This document shows positions 27,028 through 36,291 of a stretch of DNA of 39,058 bases, piece by piece (the stretch's first letter is position 1; every line of letters starts with the position of its first letter). A program made the position numbers and the translations under genes. Below the pieces are notes generated by a model. It ran no database searches. It was not told where the DNA came from and worked only from the letters and a program-made list of their open reading frames with translations. The stretch is from the sequence record SRR22947727_2277. The stretch is one strand, 5' to 3'.

Positions 27028-28062
27028 ATGAAGGCATTAGTTTTAGAAAAAAAATTAGATTTAAAATTAAGAGATATTAATCTTCCCACACAAGTAGGTT
27101 CTGATGATGTAAAAATCAAAATGCATACTGTTGGTATATGTGGTTCTGACATACATTATTATGAGCACGGTAAAATTGGCCAATGGAAAGTAAATGAACC
27201 TATGGTTTTGGGTCATGAAGGTTCTGGAACAGTTATAGATGTTGGCAAAAACGAAAAAATTTTAAAAATAGGTGATAGAGTTTGTATAGAGCCTCAGGTG
27301 GTAAGTAAAAAAACTAAAGAATATAAACTTGGGATTTATAATTATGATCAAAAAGTTAAGTTTTGGGCAACACCGCCAATTCATGGATGTCTTGCTCCTG
27401 AAGTAATTTTTCCAGGCGATATGGTATTTAGATTGCCAGATAATATATCATATGCTGAAGGCGCAATGGTAGAACCTCTTGCAGTTGGTATGCAAGCCGT
27501 TACTAAAGCTCAAATTAAACCTGGTCAAATAGGATTAGTGATGGGATGTGGCCCAATTGGATTAGTTACTGGATTGGCAGCATTAGCTGGGGGGTGTTCA
27601 AAAGTGTATATCGCTGATATTTTGAGTGAAAAACTTAAAATTTGTTCACATTACTCAGATCTTATTCCGGTTAATCTTTCTAAAGAAAACTTATCAGAAA
27701 AAATTATGAATGATACTAATGGTTGGGGAGTTGATAGATTCTTTGAGTGTAGCGGTGCAGTCAAAGCTTACGAGTCAATTTTTACCTGTTGTTCGCCAGG
27801 GGCTCATGTAGTTCTGATTGGAAACAACTCTGAACCTGTTCCAATGGATTGGGCAGTCTTATTTTCAAAAGGATTAGAATATCATACTGTTCATAGATAT
27901 TCTCATCAGTATGAACCTTCATTAAGGTTATTAGCTAGTGGTAAAATAAATGTAAAACCAATGATAACTCACACCTTCAAATTTGAGGAGAGTGTAGCAG
28001 CTTTTGAAAGAGCAGCAGAGCATCGCCCATCAGATGTTAAGCTTCAAATTAAAATTGATTAA
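27028..28062 (+). CDS. Zn-dependent MDR polyol dehydrogenase (xylitol/sorbitol dehydrogenase, D-xylulose reductase)
   Basis: GICGSDIHYY, LGHEGSG, FWATPP.HG, EGAMVEPLAVG and GCGPIG motifs. Confidence 0.85.
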   Translation: MKALVLEKKLDLKLRDINLPTQVGSDDVKIKMHTVGICGSDIHYYEHGKIGQWKVNEPMVLGHEGSGTVIDVGKNEKILKIGDRVCIEPQVVSKKTKEYKLGIYNYDQKVKFWATPPIHGCLAPEVIFPGDMVFRLPDNISYAEGAMVEPLAVGMQAVTKAQIKPGQIGLVMGCGPIGLVTGLAALAGGCSKVYIADILSEKLKICSHYSDLIPVNLSKENLSEKIMNDTNGWGVDRFFECSGAVKAYESIFTCCSPGAHVVLIGNNSEPVPMDWAVLFSKGLEYHTVHRYSHQYEPSLRLLASGKINVKPMITHTFKFEESVAAFERAAEHRPSDVKLQIKID

Positions 28063-28097
28063 GAAAATAACTCAATAATTAAATAAAAAAAAATTGA

Positions 28098-28118
28098 AAT
28101 ATTAACAAAGTTAATATT
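28098..28118. promoter_or_regulatory. AT-rich inverted repeat upstream of the SDR-GMC pair
   Basis: AATATTAAC-AAA-GTTAATATT, 9-bp perfect arms; could arise by chance in AT-rich DNA. Confidence 0.25.
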
Positions 28119-28191
28119 ATTTTTTTACTTTTATTGTATTTTTAAAATTTAAGAAGATAATAAATTTTACAAATAATTTGTGGGGGAAAAT

Positions 28192-28956
28192 ATGATTTTA
28201 GATCGTTTTAAAGTAACTGATAAGATTGCAATTGTAACTGGAGGCACAAGAGGTATAGGTCTTGCTATCGCCCACGCACTAGGTGAGGCTGGGGCAAAGC
28301 TAGTAGTAACAAGTAGAACTGACAAATTTGGAGGATTAGAGAGTTTAAAGAAAGCAAGTTATGACGTCTCTTTTTTTGAGAGTGATATGCATGATAAAAC
28401 AGTACCTCAAAAAATAATTGATTATGTTTTGGATAAACACAATAGACTTGATATCCTTGTTAATAATGCTGGTGTGGCAAGGCACGGTGAGATGGAAGAA
28501 TATAATGATGATCTTTTGGATAGTATAATGGATATTAATGTAGACTCAGTCTTTAGAATGTGTCGCTCAGCCATTACACCTATGAAAAATCAAGGGGAAG
28601 GGGTTATATTGAATATTGGCTCCATATCTGGTCTAGTGTCAAACATACCACAACCTCAAGTAGCATATAATGCTTCAAAAGCCGCTGTACATATGATGAC
28701 TAAAAGTTTGGCTAGTGATTTTGCAGATAAGAATATTCGTGTTAATGCTCTTGCTCCTGGTTATTTTAGAACTGAAATGACTAATTTAGCAAAAGAAAAT
28801 GAGCACTGGTATCCTACTTGGGATAAGATGACACCACTAAACAGAATGGGTGAAACTCATGAAATTGGATCAGCAGCATTATTTTTGTGTAGTCCTGCAT
28901 CTAGCTATATCACAGGCGAAGTTTTAGTAATTGATGGAGGATATACTACTAGATAA
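28192..28956 (+). CDS. SDR polyol dehydrogenase, galactitol 2-dehydrogenase/sorbose reductase-like
   Basis: TGGTRGIG, NNAG, NIPQPQVAYNASK, NALAPGY.TEMT, MTP..R.GE and DGGYT motifs; ATG 28192 follows a GGGGG SD. Confidence 0.78.
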   Translation: MILDRFKVTDKIAIVTGGTRGIGLAIAHALGEAGAKLVVTSRTDKFGGLESLKKASYDVSFFESDMHDKTVPQKIIDYVLDKHNRLDILVNNAGVARHGEMEEYNDDLLDSIMDINVDSVFRMCRSAITPMKNQGEGVILNIGSISGLVSNIPQPQVAYNASKAAVHMMTKSLASDFADKNIRVNALAPGYFRTEMTNLAKENEHWYPTWDKMTPLNRMGETHEIGSAALFLCSPASSYITGEVLVIDGGYTTR

Positions 28957-28959
28957 TGA

Positions 28960-30576
28960 ATGGATAAATTTTCTGACTATATCGTTGTAGGTGGTGGTGC
29001 GTCTGGATGCGCTTTAACAAATAAATTATTAAGTGCAAATAAATCTGTTACTTTAATTGAGGCAGGCTACTCACATCATAATTTTTTATTAGATGTTCCT
29101 GCAGGTTTTTTTAAATTAATTAATGATTCAAAATATGCCACTTATTATAAAACAAAGCCACAAAATCACTTAAATGGCAGAGAAAATATTATCCCTCAAG
29201 GAAATGTTTTGGGTGGTGGCACTTCCATAAATGCTCAAGTGTATATGAGGGGTAGGGCAGAGGATTATAACGAATGGGATGAAATTTTAAGAGTTAATAA
29301 TGATGGAGCTAGTTGGAACTGGGATACCGTCCTTCCTTATTTTAGAGAAATGGAAAATAATTCTCGGTTAAATAATAAATATCATAGTAACAAAGGGAAT
29401 CTCAATGTGTCTGATTCTCCTCATGTTGATCAACTTTCATATGATTTTATTGATTCTGTTGCCCTTCTTGGAGTTGATAAAATTGATGACTTTAATGGTG
29501 AACATCAGAAAGGTGTTGGTCTATATCAATTTATGAATAGGAAAGGTAAGAGATCATCATCAGCTTATGCATTCATTGAAAATCATTTAAAAAATCCTCT
29601 TTTAAATTTAATGTTAGAAACAACTGTCAAAGAAATAATAATAGAAAATGAAGTTGCTATAGGAGTTGTAATTGTAAATCGATTTGGAGAAGAGGAGAAG
29701 ATTTTTGCAAATAAAGAAGTAATACTAGCTGCTGGATCATTTATAACTCCAAAACTTTTAATGTTATCAGGTCTTGGTGATGAAGAAGAATTACATAAAT
29801 TTTCATTATCATGTAAAAATAATTTACCTGGTGTTGGTAAAAATTTAGTGGACCATCCAGAATGTCCATTGATTGCTAAATCAAATGGTAAGCATGGTTA
29901 TTTCAAACAAGGTGATGGATGGAGGATGTTAAAAAATGGAATTGAGTTTCTTCTTTTTGGAACAGGTAGGGTTAATTCTACAGGAGTTGAAGCAGGAGCT
30001 TTTATAAATCCATTGAACAAAAATGATTTATCTTACATACAAGCTTTCTTTGTTCCTAGCATGTATATGAATTCTGATACTCTAGGAGTTATAGATGATG
30101 ATTACGGTATGTCGATAACTACGGTAATGACCAAACCAAAATCTAGAGGACATGTAAAACTTCAATCCTCTAACTTTAAAGATCCTCCAATTATTGAACT
30201 AAATTTGCTTAAACATGAAGATGATTTAAAAATGATGATGGCTGGACAAAGATTTTTCTTAGATGCTTTAACTACAGGTCCGCTCTCTAAAAAAGTAGAA
30301 AAAATAATAGTTCCAAATATTGATAACTTAACTGATAAAAACTTAGAGGCACATTGTAAAAGGTTTGTAAGAACTAACTACCATCCTTCTGGGACAGCCA
30401 AAATGGGAGCTGATAATGATAAAATGGCAGTGCTTGATTCTAAATTAAGAGTAAGGGGCATTAAAAATCTTAGAGTTTGTGATCTTTCTGCAATGCCTAA
30501 TATTAATTCTGGAAATACATCTGCTCCAGCTATGATGCTTGGATTGCGTTGTGCAGAATTTTTAGTTCAACCTTAA
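28960..30576 (+). CDS. GMC-family FAD oxidoreductase
   Basis: VGGGASG, LGGGTSINAQVY.RG, PKLLMLSG, GVGKNL.DH, YHPSGT.KMG and SGNT motifs. Confidence 0.9.
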   Translation: MDKFSDYIVVGGGASGCALTNKLLSANKSVTLIEAGYSHHNFLLDVPAGFFKLINDSKYATYYKTKPQNHLNGRENIIPQGNVLGGGTSINAQVYMRGRAEDYNEWDEILRVNNDGASWNWDTVLPYFREMENNSRLNNKYHSNKGNLNVSDSPHVDQLSYDFIDSVALLGVDKIDDFNGEHQKGVGLYQFMNRKGKRSSSAYAFIENHLKNPLLNLMLETTVKEIIIENEVAIGVVIVNRFGEEEKIFANKEVILAAGSFITPKLLMLSGLGDEEELHKFSLSCKNNLPGVGKNLVDHPECPLIAKSNGKHGYFKQGDGWRMLKNGIEFLLFGTGRVNSTGVEAGAFINPLNKNDLSYIQAFFVPSMYMNSDTLGVIDDDYGMSITTVMTKPKSRGHVKLQSSNFKDPPIIELNLLKHEDDLKMMMAGQRFFLDALTTGPLSKKVEKIIVPNIDNLTDKNLEAHCKRFVRTNYHPSGTAKMGADNDKMAVLDSKLRVRGIKNLRVCDLSAMPNINSGNTSAPAMMLGLRCAEFLVQP

Positions 30577-30578
30577 AT

Positions 30579-31181
30579 TTATTTTCTAAATAAAAATAAG
30601 TTTGTTTTTATTATAATTTTATCTTTTAAGATTGAAGTATTAGACCATTGCCCAATACCTATTTCAAAATTTGTTCTTGAAAATATTAATTCACTTTGGA
30701 TTTGCACTAATTCTTCTGCGAGTCTTGTTACATTAAGAACTAAAGGCACCATTTCACTTTTTCCTTTTAAAGTTAGCTCTGCTTCTATTTTTAATTCTTT
30801 TTCATTACCATATGAGAATTTTTTAGTATCAATAACTGCTAAAGGAAATGTTAGAGTATCAAAAAAAACATTACTTAAAAGTAAATCTTTATATTTTATA
30901 TAGTTCATTTCTAAATCATCAATTTGAACTGAAAAAATAGCTTTATTATTTTTTTTACTAGATACATCTAGCTCAACAAACCCTTCAATAGTATTAAAAT
31001 TTCCCTTAACATTTTTGGCAAAAAGCACAGGTAATTCAAATTCAATTGTTGAGAGACTTGTGTCTAATATCCAACGCTCTGATGCTGATGATAAAGTTGG
31101 TTGAATAAAAAAGTATAAAAAAATGAGTAAAAATTTAGACTTCTTCAATATACCGTCTAGCCAAGTAATCTGCTTTTTCAT
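30579..31181 (-). CDS. yceI: YceI-family lipid/polyisoprenoid-binding periplasmic protein
   Basis: W.LD...S.IEF, VKGNF, LL...FFD...FP, LTLKG and SRTNF.IG.G.W motifs. Start uncertain: ATG 31181, or TTG 31148, which gives a cleaner signal peptide. Confidence 0.8.
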   Translation of the reverse strand: MKKQITWLDGILKKSKFLLIFLYFFIQPTLSSASERWILDTSLSTIEFELPVLFAKNVKGNFNTIEGFVELDVSSKKNNKAIFSVQIDDLEMNYIKYKDLLLSNVFFDTLTFPLAVIDTKKFSYGNEKELKIEAELTLKGKSEMVPLVLNVTRLAEELVQIQSELIFSRTNFEIGIGQWSNTSILKDKIIIKTNLFLFRK

Positions 31182-31563
31182 TATATGTATTTCCTGCATG
31201 CCCTTTTACCCACTCCCAGGTTATATTATGCTTAGTAATCAAATCATCAAGCTCCACCCATAATTCTTTATTTTTAACTGGTTTTTTTGTAGCAGTTTTC
31301 CAACCATTTTTTTTCCAGTTTTGGATCCATGATTGAATTCCATCTTTTACGTATTTGCTATCTGTAATTATTGTAATAGTTTGCTGATCTTCAAAGTATT
31401 TCAAGGCTTCTATAGCGGCAGTTAATTCCATTCGATTATTTGTGGTATTATCACTTCCTCCATTTAGAAATATATCTTCTTTATTGTTCTCTAATATTAC
31501 CACTCCCCAGCCCCCAATACCTGGGTTTCCAGAACAAGCTCCATCAGTATAAATTGTAATCAT
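31135..31563 (-). CDS. rnhA: Ribonuclease HI
   Basis: YTDGACSGNPG, TTNNRMEL, TDSKYV, WVKGHAG and NEKAD motifs. Confidence 0.97.
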   Translation of the reverse strand: MITIYTDGACSGNPGIGGWGVVILENNKEDIFLNGGSDNTTNNRMELTAAIEALKYFEDQQTITIITDSKYVKDGIQSWIQNWKKNGWKTATKKPVKNKELWVELDDLITKHNITWEWVKGHAGNTYNEKADYLARRYIEEV

Positions 31564-32510
31564 AAATTAATGTCAGGATTTTCTTGATGCCATTCTAAAA
31601 TTCGCAAATATTCTTTGGGGTCTTTTGGAATAACTAAAGCATCTTTTGGATGATAAATCATATCGTGCAACCTTGTTACTAATATGCGAACAGCTGCACC
31701 TCTTAATAGAACATTTAAAGATTTTGTTTCACTTTGATTTAATGAAGAATATTCATTAAAACCTTCAATTAAAGATGTATAATTTTTAGATTGAAAACCA
31801 TCTTTAAAATCAAAACACCAAGCATTTATTGCTAAAGATAATTCATAGGTGATAAAGTCCTCACAAGAAAAATAAAAATCTATGACACCTGATATTTTAT
31901 CTTTAATAAAAAAAATATTATCTTGAAATAAATCTGCATGAATTATTGCTGTTGGAAGATTTGTGGGCCAATTATTTTTTAAAAAAACTAATTCATGCTC
32001 TAATTTATTAAAATAATGATCATAAGATTTATCTTTGTTTTCTTTGCATTTATTAACAATAGCCTCCCATGTCTCTAGATTTAAACTATTCTTTCTCTTT
32101 AGCTTAGATTTTTTTGTAATATTAGTTAATCTAGCAATCATTGATCCAATCTCTTTACAATGATTGGGAAGTATTGATTTTAATTGTTTTCCCTCTAAAA
32201 AAGATATTATTACAGCTGATTTATTTTGTATTGTATTAATAATAGAGCCATTATTATTTTCAATTGGAAGCGGGCAATCAAAACCATGAGCTACCAGCTC
32301 TTTTTGAAGGCTCATAAAAAAAGGCAACTCTTCAGGATTAACTCTTTTTTCAAAAATGGTTAAAATATAATGATGGTTATTGGTCGTAATTTTGTAGTTG
32401 GTATTTTCTATTCCTTCAACAATCCCCTCGAAAGATATTAAATTTCCAATCGAATAATTTTTAATAAAATTTTCTATATCTTCTTTTGAAACTTTAGTAA
32501 AAACGGCCAT
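31560..32510 (-). CDS. thrB: Homoserine kinase type II
   Basis: MAVFT, EGIENTNY, IHADLFQDN and IDFYF motifs; ispH-thrB-rnhA synteny. Confidence 0.95.
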   Translation of the reverse strand: MAVFTKVSKEDIENFIKNYSIGNLISFEGIVEGIENTNYKITTNNHHYILTIFEKRVNPEELPFFMSLQKELVAHGFDCPLPIENNNGSIINTIQNKSAVIISFLEGKQLKSILPNHCKEIGSMIARLTNITKKSKLKRKNSLNLETWEAIVNKCKENKDKSYDHYFNKLEHELVFLKNNWPTNLPTAIIHADLFQDNIFFIKDKISGVIDFYFSCEDFITYELSLAINAWCFDFKDGFQSKNYTSLIEGFNEYSSLNQSETKSLNVLLRGAAVRILVTRLHDMIYHPKDALVIPKDPKEYLRILEWHQENPDINL

Positions 32511-33458
32511 TTATACAGCTTGTTTAAGTTTTTGAGGAATTTTAAAATGAGTTGTCTCTTTTTCATAATTTGACTCAATAATATTAAGATCAAAGTATTT
32601 ACCTATTTTATCTAATATTTTATTTACTAGAACTTCGGGGGCTGAAGCACTGGCAGTTATACCAATCTTGGAACTGTTATTGATTATTTCAGGATCGAAA
32701 CTATCAATATCATCAATTAAAAATGATTTTTTTGATCCATAGTTTTTTGCTACTTCAACTAAACGAAGAGAGTTTGATGAATTCTTTGAACCTAGTACAA
32801 AAAAATAATCACATTGTTTTGCAATATCTTTGACAGCGTCTTGTCTATTAGTAGTCGCATAACAGATGTCTTTTTTCTTTGGCTCTAAATAATTCTTAAA
32901 TTGTGTTTTAATTTCATCAATTATTTCTTTTGTATCATCAACTGATAAAGTTGTTTGAGTAACATAAGCTACTTGTTGATCTTTACCAATGGGCAAATTC
33001 TTTACATCTTCAATATTTTCAACTAAAAAAATTTCATTTGTAGTTTGTCCCATTGTGCCAATAACTTCAGGATGATTACGATGACCAACAAGAATTACAG
33101 GTAAATTTCTTCTTTCAAAATTCTCCACCTCTCGGTGAATTTTACTTACTAAAGGGCATGTAGCATCATAATAAAGTAAATTTAATTTTTCAGCTTCTAT
33201 GGGAACTGATTTTGGAACTCCGTGTGCTGAAAATATGACAGGTCTATCTTTTTGATCAATTTCACTTAATTCTTCAATAAATATTGCACCTTCAGCTTTA
33301 AGACTATCAACAACGTATTTATTATGAACTATTTCATGCCTTACATATACAGGGGATCCATATTTGTTAAGTGCTTCTTGAACCATCAAAATAGCTCTGT
33401 CCACGCCTGCACAAAAGCCTCGAGGTCCTGCTAAGTAAATGTCTAATTTTTTGTTCAT
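32511..33458 (-). CDS. ispH: 4-hydroxy-3-methylbut-2-enyl diphosphate reductase
   Basis: PRGFCAGVDRA, EIVHN, DATCPLV, TQTTLS, ICYATTNRQ and NSSNS motifs. Confidence 0.97.
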   Translation of the reverse strand: MNKKLDIYLAGPRGFCAGVDRAILMVQEALNKYGSPVYVRHEIVHNKYVVDSLKAEGAIFIEELSEIDQKDRPVIFSAHGVPKSVPIEAEKLNLLYYDATCPLVSKIHREVENFERRNLPVILVGHRNHPEVIGTMGQTTNEIFLVENIEDVKNLPIGKDQQVAYVTQTTLSVDDTKEIIDEIKTQFKNYLEPKKKDICYATTNRQDAVKDIAKQCDYFFVLGSKNSSNSLRLVEVAKNYGSKKSFLIDDIDSFDPEIINNSSKIGITASASAPEVLVNKILDKIGKYFDLNIIESNYEKETTHFKIPQKLKQAV

Positions 33459-33516
33459 TTTTTTTAATTTGGTCTTACTTTATAAATATACTCCTATAAT
33501 AACAAATACTATATTC

Positions 33517-34023
33517 ATGAAACAATTATTCATATTTATTCTGTTTTTACCTCTTTTAGGATGTGGGAACATTATAAAAAATAAGCAAACATCAACCGAC
33601 TTTAACTGTCCAAGAGTATTTTTCTCTTCTGATGACAGAGTCTATATTGATAATAGTATTTCGTTTGATGATATTACAATTAAAGCTGAATTTAATAATT
33701 ATGCTATTAATAAAAAATGTCAGCAACAAGATAATCTAGCAGTTATTCCTCTAGATATTCTTATTGTTGCTAAACCTATGAGTAATTTAGAAGAGTCTTT
33801 TATATCTCTGCCAGTTTATATTTCTCTTTTAGATGACAATGATGAAGTTCTTGAGACACAGTATTTTTCAGTTTCTGGTCTGATAAATAAAAATGCTGAA
33901 ACAAATATCTTTACAGAGTCAGATGTTATAGATCGCCTTCAAATTGTTACACAACAATTAGAAACTAAGCAGTTAGTTCTTGGTTTTATGCTGGATAAAG
34001 AAAAAAGAGATTTATTAAATTAA
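33517..34023 (+). CDS. Hypothetical lipoprotein
   Basis: From ATG 33517, MKQLFIFILFLPLLGC is a lipoprotein signal with lipobox; this start avoids overlap with ispH. Confidence 0.7.
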   Translation: MKQLFIFILFLPLLGCGNIIKNKQTSTDFNCPRVFFSSDDRVYIDNSISFDDITIKAEFNNYAINKKCQQQDNLAVIPLDILIVAKPMSNLEESFISLPVYISLLDDNDEVLETQYFSVSGLINKNAETNIFTESDVIDRLQIVTQQLETKQLVLGFMLDKEKRDLLN

Positions 34024-34505
34024 TTTTTTAATACAGAGCCAAGTTCTTCAATTGATTTATCAATCAATTTCTGCTGTTCTTGATTGTTTAGTTTTTGCTG
34101 GAGGATTGAAATTGTAGCTGCAATAGCTGTAGACGATATATGAGATTGAATAAGGCTGTTTGCATCACGCGTTAATTGATCAATCTTGGCTTCTGCTAAA
34201 ATTTGTCTTTTTGCTATTTGATCTTTTAATTTTGCTTCAGCATTTTCTTCTAATTGTTTAACTTTTTTTTCAGCATCTTTGTGAATATTTTTAATTTCAA
34301 TTTGGACATCATTTTGTCTTTTTTTAATCTCACTTAATGTTGTTTGAGTTTCATTTTTTAGATTCTCAGCTTCATCAATTTTATTTTTTATATCTTTAAT
34401 TTGAGTATCAAGACTACTAGTTAAAATCTTACGAACGGGGTTAAAAATAGCTACTATAAATGCAACAAAAGCAACAGCTACCCAAAATTGAGGATCAGAA
34501 AACAT
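34020..34505 (-). CDS. atpF: ATP synthase F0 subunit b
   Basis: N-terminal TM (FWVAVAF) followed by coiled coil; operon position. Confidence 0.92.
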   Translation of the reverse strand: MFSDPQFWVAVAFVAFIVAIFNPVRKILTSSLDTQIKDIKNKIDEAENLKNETQTTLSEIKKRQNDVQIEIKNIHKDAEKKVKQLEENAEAKLKDQIAKRQILAEAKIDQLTRDANSLIQSHISSTAIAATISILQQKLNNQEQQKLIDKSIEELGSVLKN

Positions 34506-34996
34506 TAATTGATAGACCTTCCAGTACTTTTAATAGCACTTTTAATCTCATCATCAGAAACATCAAAAGCTGCAACTTTTGAGAGGGTAAGTTTTGTAAT
34601 TTCATTTATTTGATTTTGTATCTGCAAAACTGACTCATTTTTATTTTTTTCAATAGTTGCTGAAGATTGTTCAATCTTAGCATCAAGTTCTTTATCAAGT
34701 TTAGTTAACTCTATTTGAGCTTTATCTTGAAAAGTATGTGATGAAGATTTCATCATGTCAGATGCGTCTGTTCTTGCCTGCTTAAGTTGACTTTCAATTG
34801 TATCTTGAATTTTTTCAGCTTCGTTTTGTAGTTCTTTGGCCGTAGTCAAATCTTCACTAATTTTCCTCTCTCTTTTTTCAAGCACACTACCAATACGTGG
34901 TAATGAAATTCGCCATAAAAAAACGAGAAGAAATGAAAATGTAACTACAAGCCAAAAAAGCTGAGTGACAAAAAATTCAGGATTTAATTGAGGCAT
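34505..34996 (-). CDS. atpF2: ATP synthase F0 subunit b'
   Basis: MPQL...QLFWL...LPRIG N-terminus followed by coiled coil. Confidence 0.92.
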   Translation of the reverse strand: MPQLNPEFFVTQLFWLVVTFSFLLVFLWRISLPRIGSVLEKRERKISEDLTTAKELQNEAEKIQDTIESQLKQARTDASDMMKSSSHTFQDKAQIELTKLDKELDAKIEQSSATIEKNKNESVLQIQNQINEITKLTLSKVAAFDVSDDEIKSAIKSTGRSIN

Positions 34997-35008
34997 GTTT
35001 TTGCTTAA

Positions 35009-35233
35009 TTAACCAAATAGAATAACTAGAGCAATAACAAGCGCGAAAAGTGCGATTGCTTCAACAAGTGCGAAACCTAACATTGTCATAGTGAATACTT
35101 CACTACGAGCTGCAGGGTTTCTACCTACTGCTTGTATGAAAGAAGAAAAGATATTTCCAATTCCAATACCCGAACCAATAACACCTATTACGGCTAAACC
35201 GGCTCCGATAACTTTTGCTGCTTCAATTTCCAT
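35009..35233 (-). CDS. atpE: ATP synthase F0 subunit c
   Basis: GxGxGxG, RNP loop, proton-carrying Glu in ALVEAIAL. Confidence 0.97.
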   Translation of the reverse strand: MEIEAAKVIGAGLAVIGVIGSGIGIGNIFSSFIQAVGRNPAARSEVFTMTMLGFALVEAIALFALVIALVILFG

Positions 35234-35248
35234 AAATCCTCCTAGATT

Positions 35249-35983
35249 TTAGTGTAAGTGATATGCGTCGTTTATATATAAGCACGTTAAAATGGCAAAT
35301 ACATACGCCTGCAAAAATGCGATTAAAATTTCTAAACCAGTTAGTGCAACGATGAATACAAGTGGAAACACACCTGTAAAAAACGGCATTGCTACAACGA
35401 AACCAGCAAAGACTTTGAGTAATGTATGACCAGCTAACATGTTAGCAAATAGTCTTACAGACAAACTAATGGGACGAGATAGATAAGAAATTACCTCGAT
35501 CGGAATCAATAGAGGGTGCATATAGAAAGGTACACCCGGTATATAAAAAAAACTAAAAAACTTTATGCCATGATTTGCAAAACCTAAAATAGTAGTTCCT
35601 ATAAATACAATGGCCGCAAGAGCAAAGGTAACAATTATGTGACTAGTAAAAGTAAACTGATAAGGGACCATACCAACCATGTTTCCGATGAGAACGAACA
35701 TGAAAAGTGAAAAAACAAAGGGAAAGTATTTTTTTCCATTATCGCCAACAGTATCACTAAGAAGAGTTGCAATGAAATTATACATCAGTTCAGATATTAA
35801 TTGCATTCTTGAAGGCACTAGAGATCTTGGGTTTACGGTGAGTGTTAGAAATAAAGTAATAACTGCAACAGTGATAATCATTGATAGAGAAGAGTTAGTA
35901 AATGAGATATCGTAACCACCAATTTCAGTCTTTGAAAAAGGCACAATTTCAAACTGTTTGAGAGGACTATCTTTAGCTGCCAT
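35249..35983 (-). CDS. atpB: ATP synthase F0 subunit a
   Basis: RPISLSVRLFANMLAGH and LQAYVF motifs. Confidence 0.97.
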   Translation of the reverse strand: MAAKDSPLKQFEIVPFSKTEIGGYDISFTNSSLSMIITVAVITLFLTLTVNPRSLVPSRMQLISELMYNFIATLLSDTVGDNGKKYFPFVFSLFMFVLIGNMVGMVPYQFTFTSHIIVTFALAAIVFIGTTILGFANHGIKFFSFFYIPGVPFYMHPLLIPIEVISYLSRPISLSVRLFANMLAGHTLLKVFAGFVVAMPFFTGVFPLVFIVALTGLEILIAFLQAYVFAILTCLYINDAYHLH

Positions 35984-36009
35984 AAATTAATATTGTGATT
36001 ACTATTTTA

Positions 36010-36291
36010 TTATTGTTTTTCAATGCGACGCATTACACGATAAACATTCAAAAATCCAGCTAATGCACCAAAAATAAAGAAAATAATTAAACCAAATGGT
36101 TTAGTCCCTAAGTATTTATCCACAATAATGCCTATCCCTACACCTACAACTAATGCAGCAATGATTTCTGTACTAATCTTAAATCCAAATCCAGCACCGC
36201 TTTCTTTATTTTTTTTAATATTGGGAGTATTTGTTGATTTAGCAGTCTGGATTCGATCTTTTAGTTCTTTAAGTTTATCTTCATCAACCAT
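36010..36291 (-). CDS. atpI: ATP synthase protein AtpZ/AtpI
   Basis: E...GVGIG..VD...GTKP.GLI...G..AGFLNVYR; first gene of the F0 cluster. Confidence 0.9.
   Translation of the reverse strand: MVDEDKLKELKDRIQTAKSTNTPNIKKNKESGAGFGFKISTEIIAALVVGVGIGIIVDKYLGTKPFGLIIFFIFGALAGFLNVYRVMRRIEKQ

Noticed and set aside
34020-35233. Duplicated b subunits and possible Na+ coupling of ATP synthase
   Set aside because: b/b' is normal in alphaproteobacteria; subunit c has EA rather than the Na+-type ES/T signature.
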